The notes under the pieces were generated by a model. That model was not told the DNA's origin and searched no databases. It was given only the letters and a program-made list of their open reading frames with translations. DNA of 64,000 nucleotides, taken from NCBI RefSeq assembly GCF_036321535.1, contig NC_087437.1:33110001-33174000 (forward strand). Direction: 5' to 3'. Of this stretch, positions 1-13,117 are shown in pieces. The DNA is from Camelus dromedarius (lineage: Eukaryota). The translations under genes and the position numbers were made by a program. Numbering within the stretch: the stretch's first letter is position 1; every line of letters starts with the position of its first letter.

Positions 1-569
1 TGTGCACTGAGTAAACATTTTATGATCTCTTGTCATCTGGGAACCATCGTTTACAGAATGTTTTCTGATTTATGGTCTTGTGGATACTTTAACAGCTACT
101 ACTTCATCTGTTTTGAGGAACTTGAGATTTTCCAGACCCTTCTCATTATAGAAAAGAGAATGTTGAGGTGGCAAGAAACATTTAAACTCCATCTCAGGAA
201 TGCGAGGGAAAGCAAGCTTTACATCTTACCACAGTGAGATGCCACAGTTTGTTCCAAGTACTTTGCCAAATTGGTCACTTTTTCCTTCAGAAGATGAAGG
301 GCTAGAAATTAAAGATATTATGTTACTTTATTCCTAAATTCAGAGTTTATGTAAGACATTTAACTGTTGAGAGTTCACAACAATGGGGGGGATATCAAAT
401 GCATCAATATTCAGAAGGCTTTTTTGGTGTCTTGAGGTGTCTGCTTGCTGGAGAATTAATACAAATCAAATAATGAAGTCTCTGTATAAGGCTGTGAATC
501 CCAGTAGTGAGGCAGGGATGACCTAGTGAGTTGAGAGTCCCTGACTAGTACAGGGAAAAGGGAAAAGAC

Positions 570-760
570 TTTGGAGATAGACTAAGCCAGGAGTCAGTAC
601 CCGCTTTGCCATGCACTAGCTGTGTGGCTTTGAGCAAGTCACTTAACTTCTCTGTACCTAGTTTCCTCACCTGTAAATGTGGATGGTTCTGTCTTGCAGT
701 CTTGTGGTTAGAATTTGAGGTAACATATACAAAACAAAAACATCTTCAGCCACACGTGAT
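570..760 (+). mobile_element. MIR SINE fragment
   Basis: MIR core-like text 'ctagctgtgtggctttgagcaagtcacttaacttctctgtacctagtttcctcacctgtaaatg'; boundaries approximate. Confidence 0.7.
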
Positions 761-785
761 AGCTGTAATACTGGTGATTCAGGGC

Positions 786-1389
786 ATGTTCATTTTCTAT
801 TGGTGCAGTAAGAAATTAGCCCAAACTTTGTGACTTAAAATGGCACAAATGTATTATTTTACAGTGGTGTAGGTCAGAAATCTGACACAGTTCTTAATGG
901 GCTAACATCAAGATATTGGCAAGTTCCCTCCTAGATAGAGACTCTAGGGAAAAGTTTATTTCCTTACTTACTCAGGTTGTGGGTAGAATTCAGCCCCTGT
1001 GGTTGTAGGACTGGGGTCCCCATTTCATTGCTGGCTGTCATCTGAGGGCTATTCCCAGCTGCCAGAGACTGCTCACCTTCCTAGGCTTGTAGCCGCCTTC
1101 CTACTGTCTTCAGTGCCACCAACTGCGAAATGAGCCCCTTTCATGCTTCAAATATCTCCTGTCTCTTCTTTCCCTCTTCCCATCTCTGACCTACCCTTCT
1201 GCATTCCTCTTCCATTTTTAAAGGCCCATGTGGATTACGTTCAGCCCATCCGGATTATTCATAATCTCCCCATCTCATAGTCTGTAACCTTAATCACAGC
1301 CGCAGAGCCCCTTTACCGTGTAAGGTAACAGTCACAGGTTTGGGGGGATTAGGGGCTGTCCTTAGAAGGCCATTATTCTGCTTACCACG
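786..1389 (-). mobile_element. MLT1-type (MaLR) LTR
   Basis: Reverse-orientation MLT1 hallmarks: 'gacttaaaatggcacaaatgtattattttacag...ggtcagaaatctgac', 'ggtaacagtcacaggtttggggggattagg', ending 'attattctgcttaccac'. Subfamily uncertain. Confidence 0.7.
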
Positions 1390-1878
1390 TAAGGAGAATA
1401 AAGGTGCATCAGACCACATCCAGGCAGGTTGTTTGAAAGGGAGAAGTTTCAGCGAGCATTTGCTTGGTGTTGGTCTTTACTGTCTTCTTGAATCTACCAT
1501 GGAATCTTGGTAAACATGTTGATTCCTTTGATTGTGTGTAGGATTTCTAAAATATAACACAGTAACACAGATTCTCCTCTTCACTTCATGGGCAGTTTTC
1601 ACAAATGTACAGTTTTTGTCAATATAATAGAAAAGGGCATAGAGTTAAGTCTTAGACTTTTATGTTGTGTCTTAGTGTGAAAAGAAGTCTGTCAGTTTAC
1701 TATTCTTTGCTTTCTTGGCTGTGTTGTATCCAAGCTCACATTTAAAAGGGCCTAGGAATTAGGTGGTGGACCATTTTTATTTCTTAACTGCTTATGTATT
1801 TGATTTCATTCAGTTGTTTCAATAGTTTCATCGCTTGTCATGCTTAATAAAATGTGTAATGATTTTCTTTTTTTAAAG

Positions 1879-2016
1879 AATGATCTGGAAAAATTTTCAA
1901 AAGGTATTGGCAGATTTACAAGAGAAGATCCAACATTTAAAGTCCACTTTGACACTGAAAGCAAAGAGACAATTGTATCTGGAATGGGAGAATTACATCT
2001 GGAAATCTATGCTCAG
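1879..2016 (+). CDS. GFM1: GFM1 coding exon (human exon 12 equivalent), 138 bp
   Basis: ttttaaAG|AATGAT...GCTCAG|GTaata; encodes [46 protein letters not shown], containing the EF-G domain III motif GMGELHLEI. Upstream exons lie outside the window. Confidence 0.97.
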
Positions 2017-2888
2017 GTAATAAGAAGGAAGTTAAATTCACTTTATTTATGTCTTGTGTTTTGTAAGAGTAAAGGTTAATAATTCTCAATTTATAAACTA
2101 ATAGTGGTTCTTCAAGCTCACTCTTGTTTGTATTCAGATGTGGTATCCTCCACTTTGTGTTACAGATTAATCACTTTTGATTTATAAATCTTTTTATTTG
2201 TAAAACATTGCAGACTTCTAGAATCAAGGTTCAGGGGATTTGCAATAAGACCATCCATCATCTCCCAGATCATGGTTGGTTAGGTCAAGTATATCCTGGT
2301 CTCAGCCTTAGGGAGAAACCTGCAGGAGGAAACCGGCTGAGGAGGTCGGTGCACCAGGGGCCACACTTCAGGCTGTTTCTTGCCTATTTTCTTAAGTTAG
2401 TACTGGGAGATGGTTATAACGTAGATAAATGAATGGGTAGGTGGGGCTTGTACTTTCCTAGGAAAGTTCTTCTGTGTATATGAATGAAAACAAAATATAT
2501 GTGACTTAACGATTATAAATTCTGGTTGTGATTATATCTCTGGAGTTGAGATAGTAGAAAATTCTGACAACATATTCATAAGCTATCCCAGTGAATATGT
2601 AATAAGATGGAACAAAGGTGAAGTTTTAATGGATAGATTAATTGGAGTAAGTGTAAATTAATCAGTCTAAATTAGAATTCATTTATATAAAATCTATAAA
2701 AGCAGTTTATATTGTTTAGTATCACATATTTATCCTCACAAGGCACATAAATGATTTAAGATTTATCATTTGCTTATCATATTTAAATGAATGTTTCTAA
2801 GGTAGTTAAGATTCTTAGATTTTTCTTCTAGTTTTTTGTTTGTTTCAATTTAAATATTCCAAAAAGTGATCTCCTGCTTTTTTTTAAG

Positions 2889-2971
2889 AGGTTGGAAAGA
2901 GAGTATGGCTGTCCATGTATCACAGGAAAGCCAAAAGTTGCTTTCAGAGAGACCATTACTGCCCCTGTCCC
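2889..2971 (+). CDS. GFM1: GFM1 coding exon (exon 13 equivalent), 83 bp
   Basis: tttttaAG|AGGTTG...GTCCC|GTaagt; [28 protein letters not shown] (EF-G motif [10 protein letters not shown]). Confidence 0.97.
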
Positions 2972-3017
2972 GTAAGTATGCAACACAAACATACTGGAAG
3001 GCTGGAATTAAGAGCTT

Positions 3018-3023
3018 TTTATT
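3018..3023 (-). terminator. LXN: LXN poly(A) signal AATAAA (second candidate at 3079-3084)
   Basis: tttatt on + strand, ~220 nt downstream of the LXN stop codon. Confidence 0.6.
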
Positions 3024-3239
3024 ATGGGATATACATAGCACTGTTACTGTTGATAAGACACTTTTCATGGTGACACTCTTTATTATGAAAGCTATATAAT
3101 TCTGGTACTATAATTAAGCCATTTATACAGAGTGACAATTTTGGGATTCATCTGGCCCCTTAAGGTAGATGTCAATGAAGACTGGCACACATGTCATTAA
3201 TAAGCATGTTTACACTTCATCCGGTGGTAGGGTCTTCAT

Positions 3240-3338
3240 TTACTCCAACCGTGCTTCTTTTGGCAGACGGCTGTTATGTTTTACTTTAGTACCATATTGT
3301 GGATGCCACAGAACTTGCATTTGCCAAGGAATTATCTC
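3240..3338 (-). CDS. LXN: Latexin exon 6 (terminal), 99 bp incl. TAA
   Basis: Reverse complement: cAG|GAG...; [32 protein letters not shown]. Confidence 0.96.
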   Translation of the reverse strand, partial: EIIPWQMQVLWHPQYGTKVKHNSRLPKEARLE

Positions 3339-3599
3339 CTGCAAGTAAAGGAAATTGATGCTATAATGAAATTTAGAAAACATTTAAGAAAACAGATTTA
3401 TATTTTGTTAGAGACAAAATAGTCCTCAAAGACAGCATAAAACAAGTTAAATTGCTATAACTGTAGTATACTTCAACTTGGTGCCTGTTTGAATTGACAG
3501 GAATTCTGATTTAGAGTCAAAATTAATAAGGCATACTGTGGCTACAAAACAAGTCTTAATTTTGAAAGTGGCATCAAATAAAGATAACTGATACTCTAC

Positions 3600-3662
3600 C
3601 TGAGATGCAATGTCATGAAGTAGGATGGTGTAGTCTAGCTCAATGAAGTCATCATTTCTTTG
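3600..3662 (-). CDS. LXN: Latexin exon 5, 63 bp
   Basis: tAG|CAA...CAG|GTagag; QRNDDFIELDYTILLHDIASQ. Confidence 0.96.
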
Positions 3663-5610
3663 CTATAATTAAAAAAAACCCTGGCATTTAGAACTTAATA
3701 TCATTGGCAAAAATGATATCTGTATTTTAAAAACCAGCTTTTCTTAATAGGTGATGATAATACTTCCACTTAAGTAAAAGTAAAAATTGAATGTTGTAAT
3801 TTATTTAGCCTGACAGAAAAACTATTCTCTTCTAAATAAGATTTCTTTCCAACTACATTTTAAAATCACGATTTTCTCGTTTGTTACTCTAAAAGTCATT
3901 TACCATTTCTGTTTTTAGTTTCTGAGTTGTGGTAGCTAGATAAGAGCATTACAGTCTATAATTTTGTCATTTAAGATTCCTTAATGTTTCCATTGTTCAG
4001 AAAAGCATAATTTAAGGGATAAACTAATAAAATGAGTGTTTACATTAAAGAAAACCAATTTTATAATAGAAATTCTCTTTTAAAAACTGGAAATAATAAA
4101 TGTCATGCTTGATTTTGTGAAAAGCTTTGATCTATGCTGCTAACTGCTTTGGGCATATTAAAGTCTTTATACTTTATACACAGAAATATTGCTTCTACAT
4201 AGTTTAAAACCATGATTATCAGAGATTTGCTGTTACTTACACAAGGCTCTTTAAGGCTTGTAATTGATGTATTGAAACAAGCTCTGAACTCCAAGAGGCA
4301 ACACAAACTCCTGTGGCTCCTTCGGCTAACAGTAATTACAAACGTGGCCCCAGGAGCGGATGAAACTATACTAGTCCCTCCTTACAGTATCTGGAAGCAG
4401 TCCTTTCTTTGACTGTATCAACAAAGAATGTCCTTTCAGAATAAGGTCAAAATCAGTAAGGTTTCTTATATGTTGGCTCTTAATAGGTAAAGATACGTAA
4501 TATATATACCCTGAAGCACTGTATATATTATTAAACCCTTCTATTGGAATTTTCATTAATACTTTAAAACTGCAGTTTGGTGCAGGTTTTTAGGCTTTTT
4601 CTTTCATGAAACTACTGACACTGTCTTGTGCATATTTTGCTATAAAAAGATTGTATATCTTCTGTAACCTGGAGCAGCTACTCAATTATCTGAGGCCTCG
4701 GTGTCCCTATAGGAGTGTTGTAACCAAGGTTGCTACCTATTACCATGCATTACAAAAAGGCTCTCTTAAAATGTTGTAATAGTGATGTAGGTATTTGACA
4801 TCACGCTCTGAGTACCGTAATTGGGTACCTGCCCTCCAGTGCCCAAGGGGATCTAGTAAGTAGTTGAAAGAGCCTGTGGAGTAAAGGTGCTCCGGCTGTC
4901 TTGCAGTCTGTTATCAGCAAGCTGAAACAAATCAAGTGGAAAGTCCTTTTCTCCTACGGAGATGACTGCAACTCTTGTGGTTTCTTTGCACTTTTTTTCC
5001 TTTATTCCATTAAATACTACTAGTTGACATTTTTTTCTCTTAAACCTCTTAATAAGGTTAAACTCAATGAATTTATTTTTATCTCTTTAAGGTCTAGAAA
5101 GAAGCAGTTTGAAATAGTCATATCGGACTTAAAACACAAAGTTAACAAGAAGAGGTTGTCAATTATGACTAACGGGGTTTTAAAAGAAAATTACATAAGT
5201 AAGCTTCACAAAGATTGAGTTGCTAATATTTTTGTTCTGGCTGATCCGGGGGGCAAAAAATTCCAGCCATATCTCTAGCTCTGGCACTGCCATTTCAGTA
5301 GAGGAAAAAAGCAGAAGTAGTTTCAGTATCGCATGACTATAGTGATTTGAACACAAAATTTAGGTTGCCATAGGAAATAATCTGTATTAGCTATGCACAA
5401 AAACCATTGCCAAATTATTTATAACTCAGGACTTCAATCTCTTGAAACCAGCTTCACCTTCTCTGGCCTTGATAACTGTTCTCTCTTTCAAATACCAGGT
5501 TCACTATTTTAAATACAAAAATGACTGAAAGGGCACTATCCAGTCGTGAATTATAACACTTTCAGTAAATGTTAACCCTGTTAAGAGTGTAGTTTATAGA
5601 AATTACTTAC

Positions 5611-5747
5611 CACTTGCTTGACAGTTTGAATTTTTGCCATTTTATACCATGTATTTTCAGTAGAATTCTGCCATATGATATAACTAGAGGCAACCCAGGC
5701 TAAATAGTGAACTGGCTTCATTTCCGGAGGTACATTTCCAAAACTGT
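5611..5747 (-). CDS. LXN: Latexin exon 4, 137 bp
   Basis: cAG|AC...GTG|GTaagt; (D)[45 protein letters not shown]; lies within ORF 5581..5763. Confidence 0.96.
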
Positions 5748-6063
5748 CTGGTGAGGGAAACATATATATGGTAAATGGAATTATCTTATATATGCAGTAT
5801 TAATTTAACCTTTTAAAAAATCTAAATTCTAAATCATATCTTAGTTTTCTTCAAATGTGTGCAGAAAATAATTTAATTAAGCCATGGATTGATCTAAAAG
5901 TCCCAAGGCCTTTTTTGTTGTTGTTGAATTAGATTAGTACTGAGTATTTTTGCAAAAGCCAGTATATTTCCAGCATAGTGTTAACAACGAACAATTCTGA
6001 ACACAGGTAATTGATATTGACCTTAAAGTTGAAAAACTATTTTTCCATTCCATATTTACATAC

Positions 6064-6241
6064 CTGGAATATTTTGTGCTACTAGTGGTTCCTTCATGGA
6101 TTTGAGTCTTTGATAAAATGTGTTGTCTTCTTCATCTGGGTTCTTTCCAATTTCTCCTTCAAATGTGAAGTTGACTTCTGGTGCGGAGTCTTGTCCCATT
6201 GGAGGGTAAAGTACTTCAGCTGTGCAATTCACTGTAACTTG
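6064..6241 (-). CDS. LXN: Latexin exon 3, 178 bp
   Basis: cAG|CAA...CCAG|GTatgt; [59 protein letters not shown]. Confidence 0.96.
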
Positions 6242-7312
6242 CTGTTTGAAATATTTTGCAGAAGATCTTTACATGTAGATGACCATCCATTACTAATTAC
6301 TGTTCTTTGAGATATTACATTTAAAGCATTGTCCCCCTAATGGTGTTGTTTCAGACTTGACTTGGGAGTGCTTATTCCAGAAGTATCTAATTGACCCAGT
6401 AATTTTCTTATGTAACTTATTTTATAACTTGTAAGTTCTCGTAATCTTATAAACACACCTTAAAACTTTGAAAATATTTCAGTATTAATGGGATGTCTAT
6501 TTGCAAGGCAGATTTTAGTCTGACTTATATACCAACTCCAGACTCTGGTTACTTTTTGTCTTTCCGTTACTCTTAGTCTCTTCTCCTAAAAATAACAGAA
6601 ATTTTCTCAAACTCAGGTACTGCAGTCTGTATCTAGATGTAAAATGAAAAGATTGTAGCACTGATTCTGTTTTATAAAACTGTCTAGCAGCTCAAATGCC
6701 TTTTAATGAGTCTCTTTGTGTTAGCCTGTATCTCTTCTTAATTATACTTAGAAAAAGGGCAAACTTTTAAAAATTTCAAGATGGTTATGGTACAAGTTGC
6801 AGTACTTTTCAAGTTGGTCTCATTAATAATTTGAGAGGTGTAAAATTTTTTTAACATTTCCCTGCCCTATTACTGAAAGATTCTTATCTGAACATGGTGG
6901 TATCAGTTGGCCATTCTGTTACTCATAAATATCTAAAAGCACTGTTTTCTTTAATTAAAAGAAATGAAAAACAAAATGAGACAGACATAAGACAGTGATG
7001 ATGATTGGAGAGTTAGTTACTTTACTTGTTCATATTAGCATAAATTGAACTAGCATATGAGTATATAACACTTTTAAAGGAAATTTACTTGAAGTATATA
7101 ATGTCTCTTCCACATAACTCAATATAAATATTAACTGTATCTCAGAACACACAAAAAGTTAAAACTGACCCTGTGTGATCATTTTTTTTTGAGGCAGGGA
7201 TTTCATAACAATTTTTCTTTAAAACTGAATTAATCCTATGATTTGATCAGCAGAGGTGATCTGGAGTATTTAGAATCGAATTTTATTTCATAATAAAGGA
7301 CATTTCACTTAC

Positions 7313-7375
7313 TTTTTGGATAATTTCTTCCACAGAAAATTTCAGGCAATACTTATGTCCTTTTCCTGGAATATC
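7313..7375 (-). CDS. LXN: Latexin exon 2, 63 bp
   Basis: tAG|GAT...AAA|GTaagt; DIPGKGHKYCLKFSVEEIIQK. Confidence 0.96.
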
Positions 7376-8479
7376 CTAAAATTGAGAAAATGTGGTGTTA
7401 TTAATAACTCAATTCTTTGCATTGTTAGAAGAATCTATCCTCATTTGTTTGGGGTTACTGACTGGTGAGGGTAAGTGATTAAAGCTTTAGACCTTGAAAA
7501 AAGGCATGTCACTATGTATATAACATCTAATTTAGGCCCTCTAGCAGGGTTGTTTCGGATGAGAATAAAAGGGTGGGATAAAAGCATATATGAATAAAAT
7601 CAATTATAATTTACTTTTAATCATCAGCGGGCTCTAAACTCTGGATCTGTGATCCTAAATTCCACACCTAAATTTCAGATTCTGAAAATTTTAATTCTAA
7701 AGATGACAAATAAGATACACCATTGAAAATACTTTTCATAAAGCCCTGTGTATCCTCCAGATGGTGTTCAATGAAGATGAATTCCATTTGAGGCATATTA
7801 CTACAAAATGATGTTAAGTACTGTTTTTACTTGCGTATTAGTGGACCTTCAAAATGCTATCTGAACAAATTTTTATAACAGTAAGACGAAGGTTTAGGTA
7901 TTTCACTCTTGAATTAAGATACAATTGAGTGTTTATACCTAGTTATGTTATCTGGTGTGGTTTTGAAATTGTATCTACTCCCTTTCAGCTCTTCAAGACT
8001 GTTAGCAGTTAAACTTCTGTAGCATAAATAAGGGACGGTCTCAAATCTATTAGATTTTAGTAAAATGAAAGTGAGCTTAGTGATTGCCCAGGCCTTGAGC
8101 CTTTAATTTAACTCTTTAGCCAGAGGGAGCCCATCGTTCACAGCAGTCAGTGGCAGTAGTGTTTGGTGGTAAAGCGAGCCTCAGCTCACAATACTTTTTT
8201 CTGATTTTGCTTTGTCAGTTTCTGTTGCTTTTTTGTTTCCCTCTTCATTTTGGTCAAAGAGTCTAATAAAAGAGTGGTCTTAAAATTTAAGTAGTGAAGA
8301 ATCATTTGCACAACCGGAGCTTTTGTTGGTCCAGACTGGAATAGTAGATAAGAAACACAGTAGCAGTTTTAAGATCGTTTTGAAAATGGTTCCTACAGGT
8401 TTCACTTGTGGAAAGGGAAAAATGCCTCCCCTCATTGAGAACATTTCCTTATATTAGTTCCCATAAAAACTATACCAAC

Positions 8480-9110
8480 GTCTCTGCCTTCCCGCGTGAA
8501 AACAACAAATAGCCCTGGGGCTGTCCCGAGACTGGAGTGTAGACCACCCCAAGAAATGCTAACTCGTCTCGACCGAAGGTCAGCAGTGTGACCCAGAAGA
8601 GGCATCGGAGTCGGGGGTAGGGGGCGGGGTTGGGAGCGGACCACGCTGAGAACCTAGGGAGTGGAGGGAATGTAGCAGGTGCCCCCACCGCCCTCTGCCC
8701 AACTCACCTCCAGGCTGGCTTGTTTGACTGTCTGCACCAGAAACACCTTGTGGGGGGTCCCCTGCTGGTAGTTGATGCAGCTCTCCGCCACCGAGGCCGC
8801 CCTGGAGGCTGGGTAGTGGGTCGGAGGGATTTCCATTCTTGGTGAGTGGCGGCTGGGCTCTCGTGGGGCTGCTCAAGCTGGGAAGTGCGTCCCGGTCCAG
8901 CCCGCGTGGCCCTCCTGCTTTGGGCTGGGCGTGGCAGGGGCGGGATCGCCAGCTCCTTCCCTCCCTCTCTTCCTCGTTCCTTCCGATTCTGACAGCTGCC
9001 GTCTCGGCGCTGGTTCCTGAGAGGGCTGCTCTTGTGGCCCCGCCCTGCTACCGCCTACAGTTACTCTCCGGTTCCTGCGAGCAGAGAGCCGCCTCTTCCT
9101 TTAAGGGGGT
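8480..9110 (-). promoter_or_regulatory. LXN: CpG/GC-rich LXN promoter, 5'UTR and exon 1 region
   Basis: Local CpG/GC enrichment in an AT-rich intron; GC boxes (ggggcggg, ccccgccc); TATA-like TTAAAG on the - strand near 9099-9104; no upstream ATG seen in 8837-9110. Confidence 0.7.
8708..8836 (-). CDS. LXN: Latexin exon 1 coding part, 129 bp; the six exons total 669 bp = 222 aa carboxypeptidase A inhibitor
   Basis: Strong Kozak context aga[47 protein letters not shown]|GTgagt. Confidence 0.96.
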
Positions 9111-11224
9111 GGAGAGTCTGGGCTAGGTGGTCAGGGACTACATCCTTCCTTCTGTTAACTTTTTCAGAAGTGCAGGGAGGGGCTTTCTGGACTTTGCCTT
9201 AATGGAGCATCTCCCCTGGGGCTTCTAGTTTCCTCTCAGTGGAAAGAGTGGTTGCTTCACTTGCAGACTGGAACACAACTTCCTTAATACACCACCCCCA
9301 GTGTCAGGCACAGGGCAAAGTGCGAAGGAGCTCCAGGTAGTGAGTCATGCGATTCCTTCTTTTCCCTTCCCAATGTGAGAGTCCAGGAACAGACTTACTC
9401 AACCCCACCAAATCAGAATATGAGACTGCAAACCATAGCATTAATTTGGAGAATTATGTAACTTAGGTCAGGAGAAATTTTAAAAGGTACTTGCACCCTT
9501 CTCTCCCTTTACTGATCTTAGAAGGATGAGGTTTTGATATAACACCATGCTTCCACTTTGAAAATTTTACTTTGAGGCTTAAAACATTTAAAAACTGAAC
9601 TTAAAGCACTACATTGAAGTAGCTTCTAACAAAAGTAGTTTTTAACGCTCCTTCAGCAAGCACAAACTTTTAGTACACAACACGTTTTTACTCTACAGAT
9701 CTCTTAATTACCTGTATCTGTCACCTTTAAAGGAACTATAATCTAGGCTGTTTTTTGGATTTGCTGTAGATCAGGCAGCTAAGATTTCTTTTCATCAGAT
9801 ATATAGCTAACCTGACACTTTAGCTTGTTGGCTTGGAAATAAAGATTCTTTGCTATTTTTCTCAAGATGGATTTTTGTTGTTTCTTTGGGTAGATATATA
9901 CGTTGTAGGGTTTTTTTTTAAGTTAACAAAAATGTATTTGTAATGTGTTTTCTCAAATATCTTTTAAAACTTATTCATAAATAAAGTCCTTGGAATAAGC
10001 AGATTTTTAACACGTTGATTGCCACATTACCCAAATCTGGGTGACAGTTGTGTTTCCTCAGGGGCACCTGATCCACAGTGGGTGATCAAAGTGTTAAAGA
10101 ATAGTAAGCAGTAAGGCATTTCCCATCCTTTCTAGTTAATATTAGCCATTAGTTGTCAAGTTACTAGACGATGAAAGAGTTAATTTCTCCTCTTAAGACT
10201 TTTACAAAAAAAATGGAGGTTTTTCTCTTTTGCTTGGGCAGGGCTAGTCATTCATCTTTCAGCCAACCTCTTAGGTTGTCACCGAGTGTATGTGTGTGAA
10301 TTATGTGAATTATGTTGCTCCAGGAAAGAGTGGCTGAGAACATTCTGATTATGCAGAAAGAAATTTTTGCTGAGAATGAAATTTTTTAAGTTTCACAAAT
10401 AGCTACTTAACATCTCTTGTGTAATTACTAGTTAGAATTGTGAGAAGTACATGTGAGCTTCCTAGATAAAGTCACCTTTTTGAAGCTTTATGAATACAAC
10501 TACTGTCTCTGTAGATCAAGGCTAGTAACATAGGTTGTGATGTCAGGCATTTATTTACTTAAAGTACATATATTAATTTAGGTTCTTTTTAAAATATAAC
10601 TAGTTATATTAAAAATTTTCAACTGCCTATTTAGATTTTAAATAAATAAACTGCATTAAGAGAATTTCATTCCTATTCTTGAGTCCTTGAAATCTTAGTT
10701 GCTTACTAAAGCTTCATGAATGATTAGTTAACGGATCATTATCCTCAAGCTTGAATAATGTATGGGTTACTTTGAAAGTAACAGAATTATTACGGATCTC
10801 TGGGATCAGGCAAATTAAATTATTTTAAATAACTGTATGAACATAAAACTAAAAACGCTTATGACTTGCAAATTTTGTAAGACTATAAAGTCACGTTAAA
10901 GCTACAAGATAGAGATATACAATAAAACCAACCAACACAATTCTAGTTAACATTAATTTTAATGTGAGAGAGAATGTTTTGCCAAAACTAATTTGTCTTT
11001 CACAAAATGCCAGTGGTCTGACCATAGGAGCATGGGTTCTTTTGTCTTCAGTGTACCTGTTAGCTGCCTACCAAGTGGTGTCTGAGTTCTTCCAATTCTC
11101 TGCTTAAGCGGCAGTAAAATCTTTCTTGTGCAGCGTCTTCTAATGGCTTTTGAAGTGAATGCAGGTTAAATCAGTTTATATTCTTTTCTTATTGGCCTTC
11201 TTAGAAACATGTTTGATTAAGAGT

Positions 11225-11430
11225 ATTGGTCTTGGTGCAAATCCTGGCTCTGTCGCTTAACAGCCATATCACATTTGGCAAGTTTCTTAGCTTCTCTGAC
11301 CCTCAGGTTTCTCACCTATAAAATCATGAATAAAAACAGTACCTACTTTATAGGTCTGTGGTGAAGAACAAGTAAGACAGTCCATAAAAAGTGCTTAGCA
11401 CAAGCCTGGCACATAAGTATTCTGTTATTT
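11225..11430 (+). mobile_element. MIR SINE
   Basis: 'caaatcctggctctgtc...ggcaagtttcttagcttctctgaccctcaggtttctcacctataaaat...aaagtgcttagcacaagcctggcacataagt'. Confidence 0.75.
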
Positions 11431-11505
11431 GGCATCCACTTGATTATCAGCTCAGCCACGATCCTGGAAAACTGCATGGATTACTTGTAAACTGGTCCTC
11501 CAGGG

Positions 11506-11709
11506 CAGTGCTGTCCAGTAGAACTTTGTGCAGTGATGGCAGTGTTCTGTCTGTGCTGCCCTGGACACTAGCTACACTGCACACTTGCCTATTGACCATT
11601 TGCAGTGTGACTAGTGCAACTGAAGAACTAAATTTTAAATTTTATTTAACTTTAATATAAAGTTCAGTGTAAATATTTATGATTGGTGATTACCATACAG
11701 ATAGCACAG
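11506..11709. mobile_element. MER3-like hAT-Charlie DNA transposon (MITE)
   Basis: 'cagtgctgtccagtagaactttgtgcagtgatgg...gaactaaattttaaattttatttaac...gatagcacag' matches the recalled MER3 layout with degenerate terminal inverted repeats. Confidence 0.75.
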
Positions 11710-12913
11710 TTCCAGAGTATGTTGTATAGATATTTTATTACTATCAACAAAATCGAAAACAATTTAAAATGTCTTAGAGAAGTTGTGCATACTTGAGAAT
11801 ATGTCAGTGGACCATAGTTTTGGAATCCCTTTAGTAATTCTGTGGTGATTTGGCAGTTGTTTCTCTTCTGCTTTCCTTCTCTCAGTTCTGATAGCTGTTT
11901 GTTTCCCTCCCAGGAAAATTAATCTTTCAGCGTTTTGTTTTTCCCAGCCCATCCTCAAGCTCTTGGCCGCTGGAAGACTATTTTAAAGGCAGTTCCTCAG
12001 GCACATTCACACTTAGGCTGTGAAATCTGCTTGTTCCAAGCTGACATCTCCTGCTGAAATTGCTATTTACTTCTTTCAACCCACTCACAGATCTGTTTGC
12101 AGGAATACACGCTCGTTAGTGTCCATTTAACTCCAGTTATCTACAGTCAGCTTTGAAAGCAGCTGGCTGCTTTCACCTTACAGTCTTGAGGAAGGTTCTG
12201 TTTAAAGGAAGAAATGCCTTGCAACGGTAGATACTCTTGAAATGTTTTCTTCAAAGAAATAGTAGCCTGTGTTTACATATATTTAATATGTATGTAAGGT
12301 GTGTATCCTATTTATGTTGTCATTAGTAGTTTGAAGTAAACACTGACCTGTGTCTGTATATGTGTATATTTGAGTGGCTTATGTTAATCATAATCATTTT
12401 GCCGTTAATCATTTCCAGGTGTTAGTTACTCCGCCCGAAATTCCCTTCTCTTTTTTTGCCTCAGTCCATAGTGTCCAAGTTGTAAAATCAAATAGCAGCT
12501 ACCTGTATGAATTAACTGCACAGCTCCTACTTTCAGGTAACTGTCCTCGATTATATAGGTTTAAGGAGAGAACCCTGTGTCCCAGGGAAGGGAAGCATTC
12601 CAAAAGAAATGGGCAAGCTCTTTGGAATGTAGATTACTACAATAGAAACCTTGGGCTGACTGATTTTAATTAGTTGACTTTTATTTTCTTCTTATGAAAT
12701 TCAGAATTAGTAGAATTAGAACCATGGATTACTTTAGTGGTGTACCACCCTTCCCTCCAAGTAAGAATAGAAAGGAGAGGATTCCTTTTTAAATGAATTC
12801 TACAATAAAATGTTATAGCAAGTTATATTTGAAGGGAAAAATGATGAAATGTGTTTTCTCATTTAAATTAGTAGGAGCTGTTTTATTTTGGGAATTATAT
12901 AATGCTGTGTTGA

Positions 12914-13117
<204 letters not shown>

